Shown here one piece after another: positions 18,708-28,672 of a stretch of DNA of 43,871 bases. Every line of letters begins with the position of its first letter. Positions within the stretch are counted from its first letter, which is position 1. The position numbers were made by a program, and so were the translations under genes. The notes under the pieces are model-generated. The model made no database searches and was not told the DNA's origin. It saw only the letters and a program-made list of their open reading frames with translations. This DNA is from a virus (Duplodnaviria; Heunggongvirae; Uroviricota; Caudoviricetes), in IMG/VR virus record IMGVR_UViG_2537561979_000006; one strand, given 5' to 3'.

Positions 18708-20702
18708 ATGTCCAACGAACCTCGGGGGCGTGTTGCCCCCTCGCCACCACCACCATTTTTGAAGGGCACCAGTGATTCATTCGTTGGTGCTTATCCCTGG
18801 AATAATGTCTACAAAGAGGCTATAGGCCGCGACAGACCCCTTACACGTGGCGAATACCGTCAGGTGCAAGGTGTTTTAGGTAAAGTTAATCGCCTGCCAT
18901 ATGTCTTAAAAACATTGTTTAACTCGCGGTATGACTTCATCCGTCGTACAAAAAGTCCACTTCATGGTTTCTATTTCCTCAAGAACACCGTTGAGCAAAG
19001 GGTGGGGCCGCGTCTTGAGCGGGTTAATCAGTTAAATGGAATGAACGAGACTGCATCGCTTCTCTTTCTGAGCGAGCGCGAAAGCTATTCACGATTAGCG
19101 GGTATGAGTGACAAAGCGCTCAAAAAATTTGCTGCTCGTATTGCTTCGCAGCTCTATGTTGCTTATGAGGAACTTAGCGACGCATGGGCAGATGCTCATG
19201 GCGGTAAAGAAACCCTTTTCACCGATGAAGCGCAGGCGCACTTATATGGTCACGTTGCCGGTGCAGCTCGTGCATTCAACATCACCCCAATGTTCTGGAA
19301 GAAATACCGCAAAGGGCAAATCATGATCCGCCAGGCATTTTCCGCTATCGCTCGTCTGATTAACGATGAATGGTGGATTAACCAGTTTAAGGCGCAGCGT
19401 ATGCGCTGGCACGAGGCTTTGCTGATTGCCGCCGGTGAGGTGAATAAAGACCGCTCCCCATACGCCAGCAAAACGGCGATCCGTGATGTACATTCTCGCC
19501 GTAAAGCTAATTTCGAATACTTGAAGTCGTGTGACTTGGAAAACAAAGTCACTGGTGAGCGCATCGATCTCATCAGCAAAGTCATGGGAAGTATTTCAAA
19601 CCCCGAAATCCGTCGTATGGAACTGATGAATACTATCGCAGGGATTGAACGCTATGCGGCCGGTCAGGGTGACGTCGGGATGTTTATCACTATCACCACG
19701 CCGTCGAAGTATCACCCGACACGTCAGGTTGGAAAGGGCGACAAAAAGACGGTGCAGCTTAACCACGGATGGAATGAAACCGCCTTTACGCCCAAGGATG
19801 GACAGCGGTATTTGTGCCGTATCTGGAGCCTGATGCGTACAGCATTTAAAGATAACGGTCTGCAGGTCTACGGGATGCGTGTTGTTGAGCCGCATCATGA
19901 CGGGACTCCGCACTGGCATATGATGCTTTTTTGTAAACCAGAGCAACGCAAACAGGTCACCGAAATCATGCGCCGTTATGCCTTAAAAGAAGATGGCGAT
20001 GAAAAAGGCGCTGCAGCACAGCGCTTTGAAGCTAAGCACCTCAATCAAGGTGGCGCAGCCGGTTACATTGCAAAATACATCGCGAAGAATATCGATGGTT
20101 ACGCGCTCGATGGTCAGGTCGATCACGACACCGGCAAACCTCTAACCGATACCGCAGCAGCTGTAACCGCATGGGCGTCAACATGGCGTATCCCGCAATT
20201 CAAATCAATTGGCCTGCCGACGATGGGCGCGTACCGCGAACTGCGCAAACTGCCTCGCGGGGTAAGTATTGCTGATGAATTTGATGAGCGTGTCGAGGCG
20301 GCCAGAGCTGCAGCTGATGAAGGTGAATTTGACCGGTATATCGCAGCGCAGGGTGGGGCGAATGTTCCACGCGATAGCCAGACCGTCCGTGTGGCTCGTA
20401 ACGTGACTGATGAGGTCAACGCCTACGAAGAGGATATAGAGAGAGTTGTGGGCATCTACGCCCCGCACTTGGGCTCTGAGTTGGTACGTGTTACCCGGAC
20501 AGCCGAATGGCGCATTGTTCCAAAACTTTTGGCCGTTGAGCCTTTGACTTTAAAAAGCGGCATTGCCGCGCCTCGGAGTCCTGTCAATAACTGTGGGTTG
20601 GTTAAATCTTTCTCTGGCTCTAGTCAACTTTCCATATGTGCGGTTGAGAACGCTCAAGTGAAAGTGAGGCAGTTAATTCATCCCTTAAGAAGCTATGTAT
20701 AG
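18708..20702 (+). CDS. A: P2 gpA-like rolling-circle replication initiator (HUH endonuclease)
   Basis: HUH motif (PHWHMMLF) and Tyr motif (YIAKYIAKNIDGY); about 664 aa against ~761 for P2 A; the C-terminal ~35 residues look unrelated and AT-rich. Confidence 0.85.
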   Translation: MSNEPRGRVAPSPPPPFLKGTSDSFVGAYPWNNVYKEAIGRDRPLTRGEYRQVQGVLGKVNRLPYVLKTLFNSRYDFIRRTKSPLHGFYFLKNTVEQRVGPRLERVNQLNGMNETASLLFLSERESYSRLAGMSDKALKKFAARIASQLYVAYEELSDAWADAHGGKETLFTDEAQAHLYGHVAGAARAFNITPMFWKKYRKGQIMIRQAFSAIARLINDEWWINQFKAQRMRWHEALLIAAGEVNKDRSPYASKTAIRDVHSRRKANFEYLKSCDLENKVTGERIDLISKVMGSISNPEIRRMELMNTIAGIERYAAGQGDVGMFITITTPSKYHPTRQVGKGDKKTVQLNHGWNETAFTPKDGQRYLCRIWSLMRTAFKDNGLQVYGMRVVEPHHDGTPHWHMMLFCKPEQRKQVTEIMRRYALKEDGDEKGAAAQRFEAKHLNQGGAAGYIAKYIAKNIDGYALDGQVDHDTGKPLTDTAAAVTAWASTWRIPQFKSIGLPTMGAYRELRKLPRGVSIADEFDERVEAARAAADEGEFDRYIAAQGGANVPRDSQTVRVARNVTDEVNAYEEDIERVVGIYAPHLGSELVRVTRTAEWRIVPKLLAVEPLTLKSGIAAPRSPVNNCGLVKSFSGSSQLSICAVENAQVKVRQLIHPLRSYV

Positions 20703-20833
20703 GATATTGATTGGTTAAAGCTATCAAAGATAATGAAGCGGGATTTCAAAATCATAAATATTGTGTATTTAACTAGATGATTACCATTTAAAAGATTATC
20801 ATTTCAGCAGTAATAGTCTTAACGGAGCTGAGT

Positions 20834-21763
20834 ATGAGTGTTGCAAGACATCATCATTTTTTATCTCAATGTTATTTGAAAGGCTTTACAAGCAACGGGG
20901 GGAAAAAATCAAAATTAACTGTAATAGATTTAAAGGAGCGCAAAACTTTTGAAAGTAATACACGTAATGTCGGGGGTGTGAGAGATTTTAACCGATTAGA
21001 ATTGGATGGAGTTGATCCAAACTATCTCGAAAGTTCTCTTGCAGAGTTCGAAGGCAGTGTCGCCACTCATCTAAGGAAACTTGAGGAGGGCAAAGATTTT
21101 TCAGGCGAAACAAAAGATATCATTTTAGAGTTTATTTCCTTACTTGCGATACGCACGCCTGCTCAGCGAGAGCATTTATCATCGCCATTGAAACAAATAG
21201 CAAAGTTCATAATGAAATCTTCTGTTAGTTCGGCTGAGCGTTGGGAAGATTGCAAATTAGCTTATGAGAAAGAAAAGGGAGAGTCTTTGCCATATGATCT
21301 CGCTTACGAGAAAATTAAAGATTATGTTGATGGTGATAATTTCGAAATCAATGTAATCAGAGAGTTCATGATAGGCATGGAAATGCAATGTGTACCTGTA
21401 ATTGCTGAGCTGTTGCACCAACGCGACTGGTCACTTATGACCATATCTGATGGGCAAGGAACATTTATAACTTCAGATAACCCAGTTTGCTTAATGTGGA
21501 CTAATCCTGAATTATCACAAGGTCCTTATTCCCCGGGGTTTGGTCTAAAAGACACTTTAGTTTTGTTTCCAGTATCAAAAAATCTTCTTTTGGCAGGCGA
21601 GTTTGATGGTCATGAGGGGGTATTTAGTTGTAATGACGAGCAGGTTGCCATCTTTAACACTTCAGTCATCCGGCATACCGCAGAAAGAATTTTTTCAGCC
21701 AATGGAAATTTCCATTTTTTAGACGCAGCTAAAAGAATGAAGCAAGGTAAAAGCCTAGTTTGA
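20834..21763 (+). CDS. DUF4238-like protein; candidate anti-phage defence cargo
   Basis: 309 aa, AT-rich; N-terminal HHHFLSQCYLKGF and central FITSDNPV motifs resemble the DUF4238 signatures as I remember them; sits in the P2 A-to-cos (tin/old) cargo slot. Confidence 0.7.
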   Translation: MSVARHHHFLSQCYLKGFTSNGGKKSKLTVIDLKERKTFESNTRNVGGVRDFNRLELDGVDPNYLESSLAEFEGSVATHLRKLEEGKDFSGETKDIILEFISLLAIRTPAQREHLSSPLKQIAKFIMKSSVSSAERWEDCKLAYEKEKGESLPYDLAYEKIKDYVDGDNFEINVIREFMIGMEMQCVPVIAELLHQRDWSLMTISDGQGTFITSDNPVCLMWTNPELSQGPYSPGFGLKDTLVLFPVSKNLLLAGEFDGHEGVFSCNDEQVAIFNTSVIRHTAERIFSANGNFHFLDAAKRMKQGKSLV

Positions 21764-21978
21764 TAGTGGTTTTTTATGGGTTTCCGGGAAGAATTCTACT
21801 CTTAACCAGTGTTCGTAAAATGATTACCTGTTATAAGAGTTTTTCATTTTTAGGTGCGCCTAATAATGCATTTAATTGCATGTGGTTTTATAGGGGACGA
21901 TTCGCCTGCTCTATCCAGCGCTGGTGTGATTTCAATGCTAACGTGCATGTGCATCAAAATAGCCCCATTAAGCGGGCA

Positions 21979-21997
21979 GGCGAGGCGGGGATAGCAC
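21979..21997. other. P2-type cos site (19-nt cohesive-end sequence)
   Basis: GGCGAGGCGGGGATAGCAC, one mismatch from the P2 cohesive end GGCGAGGCGGGGAAAGCAC as I recall it; located just beyond the 3' end of Q as in P2. Confidence 0.6.
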
Positions 21998-22162
21998 TGC
22001 GCGCCGGGTGTGGTGACAGGATTTATTTTACGCGTCTGTGCGCGTCGTGGGGGCGCGCTGTGATGTGAAGTCGGTCAAGGTGATGTCGGGCGTTTGCGTC
22101 GCGTGCGCGGCGTCTGGCTTGCTCTGAGAATGTGCCGCCCGTAGGCGGCATTTTTGGCAGGT

Positions 22163-23188
22163 TTAGTCGGTCTCTATGTTGTAATCCTTAAAGCGGATCA
22201 CCTCCATCCCGAGCCAGTCGTTTATCTCTTTAAACCGCTCCTGCAGCGGCGTCAGCTCGTTACGCACAAACACCCGCGCCACCTTCTCGATATCGCCCAT
22301 CGAGCCGATATTTTCAGGCTTGCCGCCCATGAGCTGGAACGGCACGCGGTGCGCATCAAGCAGGTCGGCGGCGCTCACCTTCTTGATGTTAAAAAAATCA
22401 TCCTTCGTGGCGACTTCACTCAACGGCACGATCTTAATGCCGTCCGGTTTCCCGTTCGGGGCGTAGAAAAACAGGTTTTTAAAATTCCCGAGTCCTTTCG
22501 AGTCGCGCATCGCGGAGCGCAGCGCCTCGACGTCGGTGCTGCTTTGCGCCGCGTCGGTCACGTACATGATGTAACCCGCGTGCGCGCCGTTCTGGTAATA
22601 CTTGCGACGAAACAGCGTGGCGGATTCATTCAGCCAGGCGGAATTGAGCGCGCTCAGGTATTCCGGCATCCCGTAGAGCTCCTGATTGATATCAGGCTCA
22701 AGCAGATGAAACACCGAATCGGGGGCGAACTGGTGCGGGTGCGTATAGTCCGACACGTACCAGTAAACGCCAGCTTCGACACCACGGCGGGTGTATTTGG
22801 CCGGGGAGGTTTCCAGTTTAAAAAGCTGGCCGGTCACGCTCATGCGCTTCTCGAGATAGCCGTTGGCGAAGACCAGATAATCGAGCACAAGGCGGCTGAA
22901 GTCCTGACGAGACAGCAACGGGTGCGGGATAAAGGTGCTGGTCAGAATGTTGCGCTTAACGTAAATCGGGGAGCTGTGGTGCACGGCGGCGCGCAGGCTT
23001 TTTGCCAGTCCCGAGAAATTGACCGGCGGCTCGTACCATTTGCCGTTATTGATGCACTCGACATAGTCGAGGATGTCGCGGCGATCCAAAACGGGTGACG
23101 GCTCACCAAAGGTGAACGCCTCCATTTTCTGCGACGCGCTGGCGGCCATGTTGGCCTGTTTTGGCTGTTTCTTTTGGCGTTTTTTCAT
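22163..23188 (-). CDS. Q: P2 gpQ-like portal protein
   Basis: 341 aa, length and order as in P2 (Q then P, divergent from O). Confidence 0.85.
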   Translation of the reverse strand: MKKRQKKQPKQANMAASASQKMEAFTFGEPSPVLDRRDILDYVECINNGKWYEPPVNFSGLAKSLRAAVHHSSPIYVKRNILTSTFIPHPLLSRQDFSRLVLDYLVFANGYLEKRMSVTGQLFKLETSPAKYTRRGVEAGVYWYVSDYTHPHQFAPDSVFHLLEPDINQELYGMPEYLSALNSAWLNESATLFRRKYYQNGAHAGYIMYVTDAAQSSTDVEALRSAMRDSKGLGNFKNLFFYAPNGKPDGIKIVPLSEVATKDDFFNIKKVSAADLLDAHRVPFQLMGGKPENIGSMGDIEKVARVFVRNELTPLQERFKEINDWLGMEVIRFKDYNIETD

Positions 23189-23189
23189 C

Positions 23190-24959
23190 TTAGTTAATAT
23201 CCAGAATTGAACTTGATTGCATACCGCTTCCAGCGGAAAGCGGCTCGTTTAACAGGGCGTGCATGGTCGCCCACGCGATATCCGCGTGGCTGGCTTCCTC
23301 GCTGCGGCTGGCTTCATAGGTCGCGCTGCGGCCGCTGTTGGTCATGGTTTTGCGGATGGCCATAAATGACTGAGTGATGTCGGTCGCACCGGCGTCATAT
23401 TCCAGACATCCGCGCCTGATGGTGTCTTTCGCTTTCAGCACCATTGCGGTTTTCATTTCCGGCGTGTAGCGGATAGCGCGCGCCGCCGGGAAGAATGAGC
23501 GCACGAGCTGGTAAACACCCTGGCCGATGCCGGTCGCATCGATGCCGATATAGTCGACGGTGTATTTCTCGGTAAGCGCCCGGATGGCCTCGGCCTGTGC
23601 GGCAAAGTCCATGCCTTTCCACTGGTGACGCTCAAGGATGCGGAACTTGCCACCGGCAACCAGCGGCGGAGCCAGTACCGCACAGCCTGCGCTGTCACCG
23701 GTGTGTGACGGGTCGTAGCCAATCCAGACTGGGCGCCAGTTAAACGGACGGTCGGCGAACGGCTCGAAGTCCTCCCATTCTTCCATCGCATCGACCATGC
23801 AGCGCTGCAACTCCTCGAACGGGAATACCGACGCCTTGTCGTCGACGAACTCGCACATAAACAGGTTACGGAAGTCATCCGCGCTGTTTTCCTGCTTAAG
23901 CTGATCGAGGTTAAACAGGGTGCAGCCACCGGCGAGCGCATCCTCAATGGTGACAATCTGCCGCCACTGGCCGTCACCGCACAGCACGCCACCGGTAAGC
24001 GCCTGATGACTGATATCGATGTCGACACGTTCGTCGCGGTTGCTGCGGCCCCGGTTAAACAGCTCGCCTGACCAGAACGGGTAAGCGCCATGCGCCAGCG
24101 TCGATGGGGTCGAGAAATAGGTGGTGCGCAGGTGTGACTGCGAGGCCATGCCCGAGGCGACTTTGCGCAGCTTCTGAAAATTGGGGATCCAGAAAATTTC
24201 ATCGACATACAGGTCGCCGTTGTGGCTCTGCGCGGTGTTGGAATTGGTCCCGAGAAAAATCAGCTCAGCGCCATTGTTGCCGATGACGATCGGGTCGCCT
24301 GACAGGTCGACGTCAACCAGACGGGCAAAGGCGATGATGTACTTACGGAACACGTAAGCCTGCGTCTTACTGGCAGATAAAAATATCTGGTTTTGCCCGG
24401 TCTTAAGCGCGCGCAGGAGTGACTCGCGCGCAAAGTAGAACGTCGCGCCAATCTGGCGGGATTTCAGGATGTGGCGGATGCGGTGCTCTAACCCTGCTTT
24501 ATGCCAGCGGAGCTGATACCCAAACGACTGGTCGAAGAAAATCTCTTCCAGCTTTTCAATCGCTTCATCACTGAAGAAATTGCGTTTCGGCTTTTTGCGA
24601 TCCCCTTTGTTACGGCTGGCGATATTGGGGTTTAAATCCACCTCGTTTCCGGTCTGGCCGTAGCGGTTAATGCGCGCAAGCCGCTCCATCTGGCGCGACA
24701 AAAAGTCCGCGACTTTGAAGTCATACGCGGTCAGGTCTGGCTTAGCGTAGAGCTGGATAAGCCGCGCCTCTAATGTCGATTCCACGCGGTTAATCGGCGC
24801 GGTTTCTCCCCATCCATCCCGCTGTTTCCAGCTCTGCACGGTCGGGCGCTTGAGCTGCAGCATGTCGCAGATTTGCGGCACGGCGAACCCCTGCCAGTAC
24901 AACAGCCGCGCGCGCCGTCGCGGGTCATTTAACAGAGAAAGGTCAGTTGAAATGGTCAT
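23190..24959 (-). CDS. P: P2 gpP-like terminase large (ATPase) subunit
   Basis: About 589 aa from MTISTDLSLL...; P2 gene order. Confidence 0.85.
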   Translation of the reverse strand: MTISTDLSLLNDPRRRARLLYWQGFAVPQICDMLQLKRPTVQSWKQRDGWGETAPINRVESTLEARLIQLYAKPDLTAYDFKVADFLSRQMERLARINRYGQTGNEVDLNPNIASRNKGDRKKPKRNFFSDEAIEKLEEIFFDQSFGYQLRWHKAGLEHRIRHILKSRQIGATFYFARESLLRALKTGQNQIFLSASKTQAYVFRKYIIAFARLVDVDLSGDPIVIGNNGAELIFLGTNSNTAQSHNGDLYVDEIFWIPNFQKLRKVASGMASQSHLRTTYFSTPSTLAHGAYPFWSGELFNRGRSNRDERVDIDISHQALTGGVLCGDGQWRQIVTIEDALAGGCTLFNLDQLKQENSADDFRNLFMCEFVDDKASVFPFEELQRCMVDAMEEWEDFEPFADRPFNWRPVWIGYDPSHTGDSAGCAVLAPPLVAGGKFRILERHQWKGMDFAAQAEAIRALTEKYTVDYIGIDATGIGQGVYQLVRSFFPAARAIRYTPEMKTAMVLKAKDTIRRGCLEYDAGATDITQSFMAIRKTMTNSGRSATYEASRSEEASHADIAWATMHALLNEPLSAGSGMQSSSILDIN

Positions 24960-25125
24960 GCTTGCCTCGTTTTTGGTGTGACGTGGCAAGGCTAAGGAAA
25001 TAGGGGATTATTCGCGCTAAGTGCCTGTTGTGTCAGATCTAATCAGATCGTAAGCGGTGGCTGATGCGGGTCAGAGTCGGGAAACTAACCCCGACCCGAA
25101 AACCCAACATCAGGACACCTGAAAA

Positions 25126-25980
25126 ATGGCAAAGAAAGTTTCTAAATGGTTTCGCATCGGCGTCGAGGGTGACACCTGCGATGGCCGCGTCATCAGCGGC
25201 GATGATATTCAGGATATGGCCGACACGTTCGACCCGCGCGTCTACGGCTGCCGCATTAACCTCGAACATATCCGGGGGCTGATGCCTGACAGCCAGTTTA
25301 AACGTTATGGCGATGTGACCGAGCTTAAGGCGGAGATTATCAGCGATGGCTCTGCGCTCGATGGCAAAAAAGCGCTGTTTGGAAAAATCGCCCCGCTCGA
25401 CGAGCTGGTCAGCATGGTGAAGGCCGGACAGAAGGTTTACACCTCCATGGAGATCCGCCCGAACTTTGCCAACAGCGGCAAATGTTACCTCGTTGGCCTT
25501 GCCGTCACCGATGACCCGGCAAGTCTCGGCACCGAATACCTCGAATTCTGCAGCCGCGCTGCGCAGAACCCGCTCGCCGGTAAAAAAGACCAGCCGGACG
25601 ATGTTTTCTCTGTGGCCTCACTGGCTGTGCTGGAATTTGAAGACGTCCCCGACACCATGCTCAACAGTCTGACCGATAAGGTTAAGGCCATTTTCAGCCG
25701 CAAGCAGGCCAGCGATGACGCGCGTCTCGCCGATGTGCATGAGGCCGTGACCACCGTCACGGAACTGGTGCAGACCAACCTCACAGCCACCGACCAGCGC
25801 GTCACCGAGCTGGAGACCGAACTGGCGCAGCTTAAGCAGGACGTGACCAGCAAGGCCGAAGAAAGCGCGCAGGCGTTTAACGACCTCAAAAGCTCCCTCA
25901 ATAACACCGAAAGCCAGCGCCAGCCGCGCCGTGAGCTTTCAAAAGGCGGTACGGGCGACGAGCTGCTGACCAATTGCTGA
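25126..25980 (+). CDS. O: P2 gpO-like capsid scaffold protein
   Basis: 284 aa, same length as P2 O; acidic coiled-coil C-terminus. Confidence 0.85.
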   Translation: MAKKVSKWFRIGVEGDTCDGRVISGDDIQDMADTFDPRVYGCRINLEHIRGLMPDSQFKRYGDVTELKAEIISDGSALDGKKALFGKIAPLDELVSMVKAGQKVYTSMEIRPNFANSGKCYLVGLAVTDDPASLGTEYLEFCSRAAQNPLAGKKDQPDDVFSVASLAVLEFEDVPDTMLNSLTDKVKAIFSRKQASDDARLADVHEAVTTVTELVQTNLTATDQRVTELETELAQLKQDVTSKAEESAQAFNDLKSSLNNTESQRQPRRELSKGGTGDELLTNC

Positions 25981-26035
25981 TAACGCGCCGGGTGTGCTGC
26001 CCGGCCTGACCCCTTTTACCCGAACAGGAAAAACC

Positions 26036-27103
26036 ATGCGTAAAGATACCCGCTTCAAATTTAATGCCTACCTGTCCCGCGTCGCGGAGCTGAACGGTAT
26101 TTCCACCGATGACGTAGCGAAGAAATTCACCGTCGAGCCGTCGGTCACGCAAACCCTGATGACTACCCTGCAGATGTCATCCGCGTTTCTGACCAAAATC
26201 AACATCGTGCCGGTCGACGAGCTGAAAGGCGAAAAAGTCGGGGTGGGCGTTAACGGTACGATTGCGAGTACCGCCGACACCGCCGGTGATGATGAGCGTA
26301 AGACCGCTGACTTTACCGCGCTGGAGGCCAATAAATACGAGTGCGACCAGATTAACTTTGACTTCCATATCCGCTACAAACAGCTCGACCTGTGGGCGCG
26401 ATTCCAGGACTTCCAGACCCGTATCCGTGACGCCATCATCAAACGTCAGTCCCTCGATTTCATCATGGCCGGTTTCAACGGCATCGAGCGCGCGGCGACG
26501 TCCGACCGCAAAAAGAATCCGATGCTGCAGGACGTGGCGACAGGCTGGCTGCAGAAGTACCGCAGTGAAGCGCCAGCGCGCGTTATGTCAAAAATCACCG
26601 ACGAAGAAGGTGCGGTGATTTCTGAAGTGATCCGCGTGGGTAAAAACGGCGACTATGCGAACCTCGATGCGCTGGTCATGGATGCCACCGGCAACCTGAT
26701 TGACGAGATTTACCAGGATGACCCGGAGCTGGTTGTCATCACCGGGCGTAAGCTGATGGCGGATAAATATTTCCCGATCGTCAACAAAGAGCAGGCAAAC
26801 ACCGAGTCGCTGGCCGCTGACATCATCATCAGCCAGAAGCGAATCGGCAACCTGCCAGCCGTGCGCGTGCCTTACTTCCCGGCAGATGCGCTGATGGTGA
26901 CGCGTCTCGACAACCTGTCTGTCTACTTCATGGATGACGCGCACCGTCGCAGCATCATCGAAAACCCGAAGAAAGACCGCATCGAAAACTACGAGTCAAT
27001 GAATGTTGACTATGTGGTCGAGGCTTACGCCGCCGGTTGCCTGATTGAAAACATCAAGCTCGGTGACTTCACCGCACCTGCAGCAACGGAAAGCGGAGAG
27101 TAA
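26036..27103 (+). CDS. N: P2 gpN-like major capsid protein
   Basis: About 355 aa from MRKDTRFKFNAYL...; order O-N-M. Confidence 0.85.
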   Translation: MRKDTRFKFNAYLSRVAELNGISTDDVAKKFTVEPSVTQTLMTTLQMSSAFLTKINIVPVDELKGEKVGVGVNGTIASTADTAGDDERKTADFTALEANKYECDQINFDFHIRYKQLDLWARFQDFQTRIRDAIIKRQSLDFIMAGFNGIERAATSDRKKNPMLQDVATGWLQKYRSEAPARVMSKITDEEGAVISEVIRVGKNGDYANLDALVMDATGNLIDEIYQDDPELVVITGRKLMADKYFPIVNKEQANTESLAADIIISQKRIGNLPAVRVPYFPADALMVTRLDNLSVYFMDDAHRRSIIENPKKDRIENYESMNVDYVVEAYAAGCLIENIKLGDFTAPAATESGE

Positions 27104-27106
27104 GCC

Positions 27107-27862
27107 ATGACGAGTCCCGCAGCGCGTCACATGATGCGGGTCTCGGCCTCTGAAACAGCGCAGCGGGCTGCCGTCCCGCTGCGCAATGCAACTGCCTATG
27201 AGCAGATGCTCGTTAAGCTGGCCGCAGACAACCGCACGCTGAAACAAATCAGCTCCAAAGAGCGCAAAGCCGCGAAAAAGCGCGAGCTGCTGCCGTTCTA
27301 CCTGCCGTGGGTCGCTGGCGTCCTAGCAAACGGCAAAGGCGTACAGGATGACATTGTCATGACGGTGATGCTCTGGCGTCTTGATGCTGACGATATCGCT
27401 GGGGCGCTGGAAATCGCCCGTTACGCCATGACCTACGGCCTCACCATGCCGGTCGGTCGCCGTCCGACGCCGTGCCTGCTGGCCGAAGAAGTGGCACTGG
27501 CCGCGCAGCGCCTGCTCACGGCAAAACAGCCGGTCAATCTGGCGAACCTGCTCGACACTATCGCGCTGACTGAACGCGCGGATATGCCCGATATCGTGCG
27601 TGCGAAGCTGCACAAAATCACCGGCTACGTGCTGCGTGATGCGGAGCAACTGCCCGAGGCGCTGGCGCACCTGCAGCGTGCGATCCAGTTAGAAAGCACT
27701 ATCGGTGTGAAAAAGGATATCGAGCAGTTAGAGCGTCAGCTCAGGCCAAAACCCGAACCGGCACCGAAAACCAAAACGACTAAACCGCGCACGCGCAAGC
27801 CTGCCGCCAAACCGGCGGCACGACGCGGGCGTCCACCAAAGGCGGCAAAAGTCGCAGGTTAA
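27107..27862 (+). CDS. M: P2 gpM-like terminase small/endonuclease subunit
   Basis: 251 aa with a basic, lysine/proline-rich C-terminal tail. Confidence 0.8.
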   Translation: MTSPAARHMMRVSASETAQRAAVPLRNATAYEQMLVKLAADNRTLKQISSKERKAAKKRELLPFYLPWVAGVLANGKGVQDDIVMTVMLWRLDADDIAGALEIARYAMTYGLTMPVGRRPTPCLLAEEVALAAQRLLTAKQPVNLANLLDTIALTERADMPDIVRAKLHKITGYVLRDAEQLPEALAHLQRAIQLESTIGVKKDIEQLERQLRPKPEPAPKTKTTKPRTRKPAAKPAARRGRPPKAAKVAG

Positions 27863-27961
27863 ACGAGCGCTCCCCGAGCCGGGCGGCACGCCGGTTAATG
27901 CGGGTATCAATTGCCCTGACTGCGACCGGCGTCCACCGCCCACCCATTACCCGAGGTTGTC

Positions 27962-28467
27962 ATGACGACACTGATTATTGAGCCAAAAAAAGAGCCGCAG
28001 GACGTGCCGGGCGTGGTGATACCGCCACCTGGCGTGAGCGAGCCGGTAATCAAAAACACCCCGTTTTTCCTGACGTTGATCCGAAGCGCGTGCGGGAAGA
28101 AATGCGACTGGAGCAGACCGTTTCCCCCGTGCGCCTGCGCCGGGCGATTAAGACCGCGATCGCGGAGACTAACGCGGAGCTGAGCGACTGGCGCGAAAGT
28201 CAGCTCGATGCCGGTTACGCCACGCTGGCGGAAGTCCCGACCGACAAGCTCGACGGCGAAAGCGTGCGCGTTTTCCACTACTTCAACGCCGTGTGCTCGA
28301 TGACGACGGCCACGCTTTATGAACGTTTTCGCGGCGTGGATGCGACCACCAAAGGGGACAAAAAAGCCGACAGCATCGACAGTACTATCGATGAAATGTG
28401 GCGGGATATGCGCTGGTCTGTGGCGCGCATCCAGGACAAAGCGCGCTGCATTGTGGGGCAAATCTGA
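27962..28467 (+). CDS. L: P2 gpL-like head completion protein, apparently frameshifted
   Basis: The span 27962-28467 is 506 nt, not a multiple of 3. The N-terminal part is in one frame (27962-28183) and the rest in another (to 28467); the switch maps to a T5 run at 28064-28068, and one extra T would give a continuous ~169-aa protein. Confidence 0.7.
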
Positions 28468-28670
28468 TGAAAGCGTATGCGCTGCAGGGCGACACCCTCG
28501 ACGCGATTTGCGCCCGGTACTACGGGCGCACTGAGGGCGTGGTCGAAACCGTCTTAGAGGCTAATCCCGGCCTGTCTGAGCTCGGTGTGATCCTGCCACA
28601 CGGCACGGTAGTAGAATTGCCCGAGACCGAGAGCGCGGCCAGTACCGAAACGGTGAATCTATGGGACTGA
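28467..28670 (+). CDS. X: P2 gpX-like tail protein
   Basis: 67 aa from MKAYALQGDTLDAICARYYG..., same length as P2 X; its start overlaps the L stop (TGATG). Confidence 0.8.
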   Translation: MKAYALQGDTLDAICARYYGRTEGVVETVLEANPGLSELGVILPHGTVVELPETESAASTETVNLWD

Positions 28671-28672
28671 GT

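Noticed and set aside
21760-22068. 102-aa ORF downstream of the DUF4238 gene
   Set aside because: It spans the cos site and non-coding packaging region; Cys/Arg-rich and probably spurious, so the hotspot is treated as single-gene.
22154-23098. 314-aa plus-strand ORF covering the portal gene
   Set aside because: It lies entirely antisense to the P2-like Q gene, whose identity and length are well supported; a long open frame of this kind is common by chance in GC-rich DNA.
23453-24208. 251-aa Arg/Ser-rich minus-strand ORF inside the terminase gene
   Set aside because: Alternative frame of the gpP coding region with a low-complexity composition typical of GC-rich out-of-frame translation.
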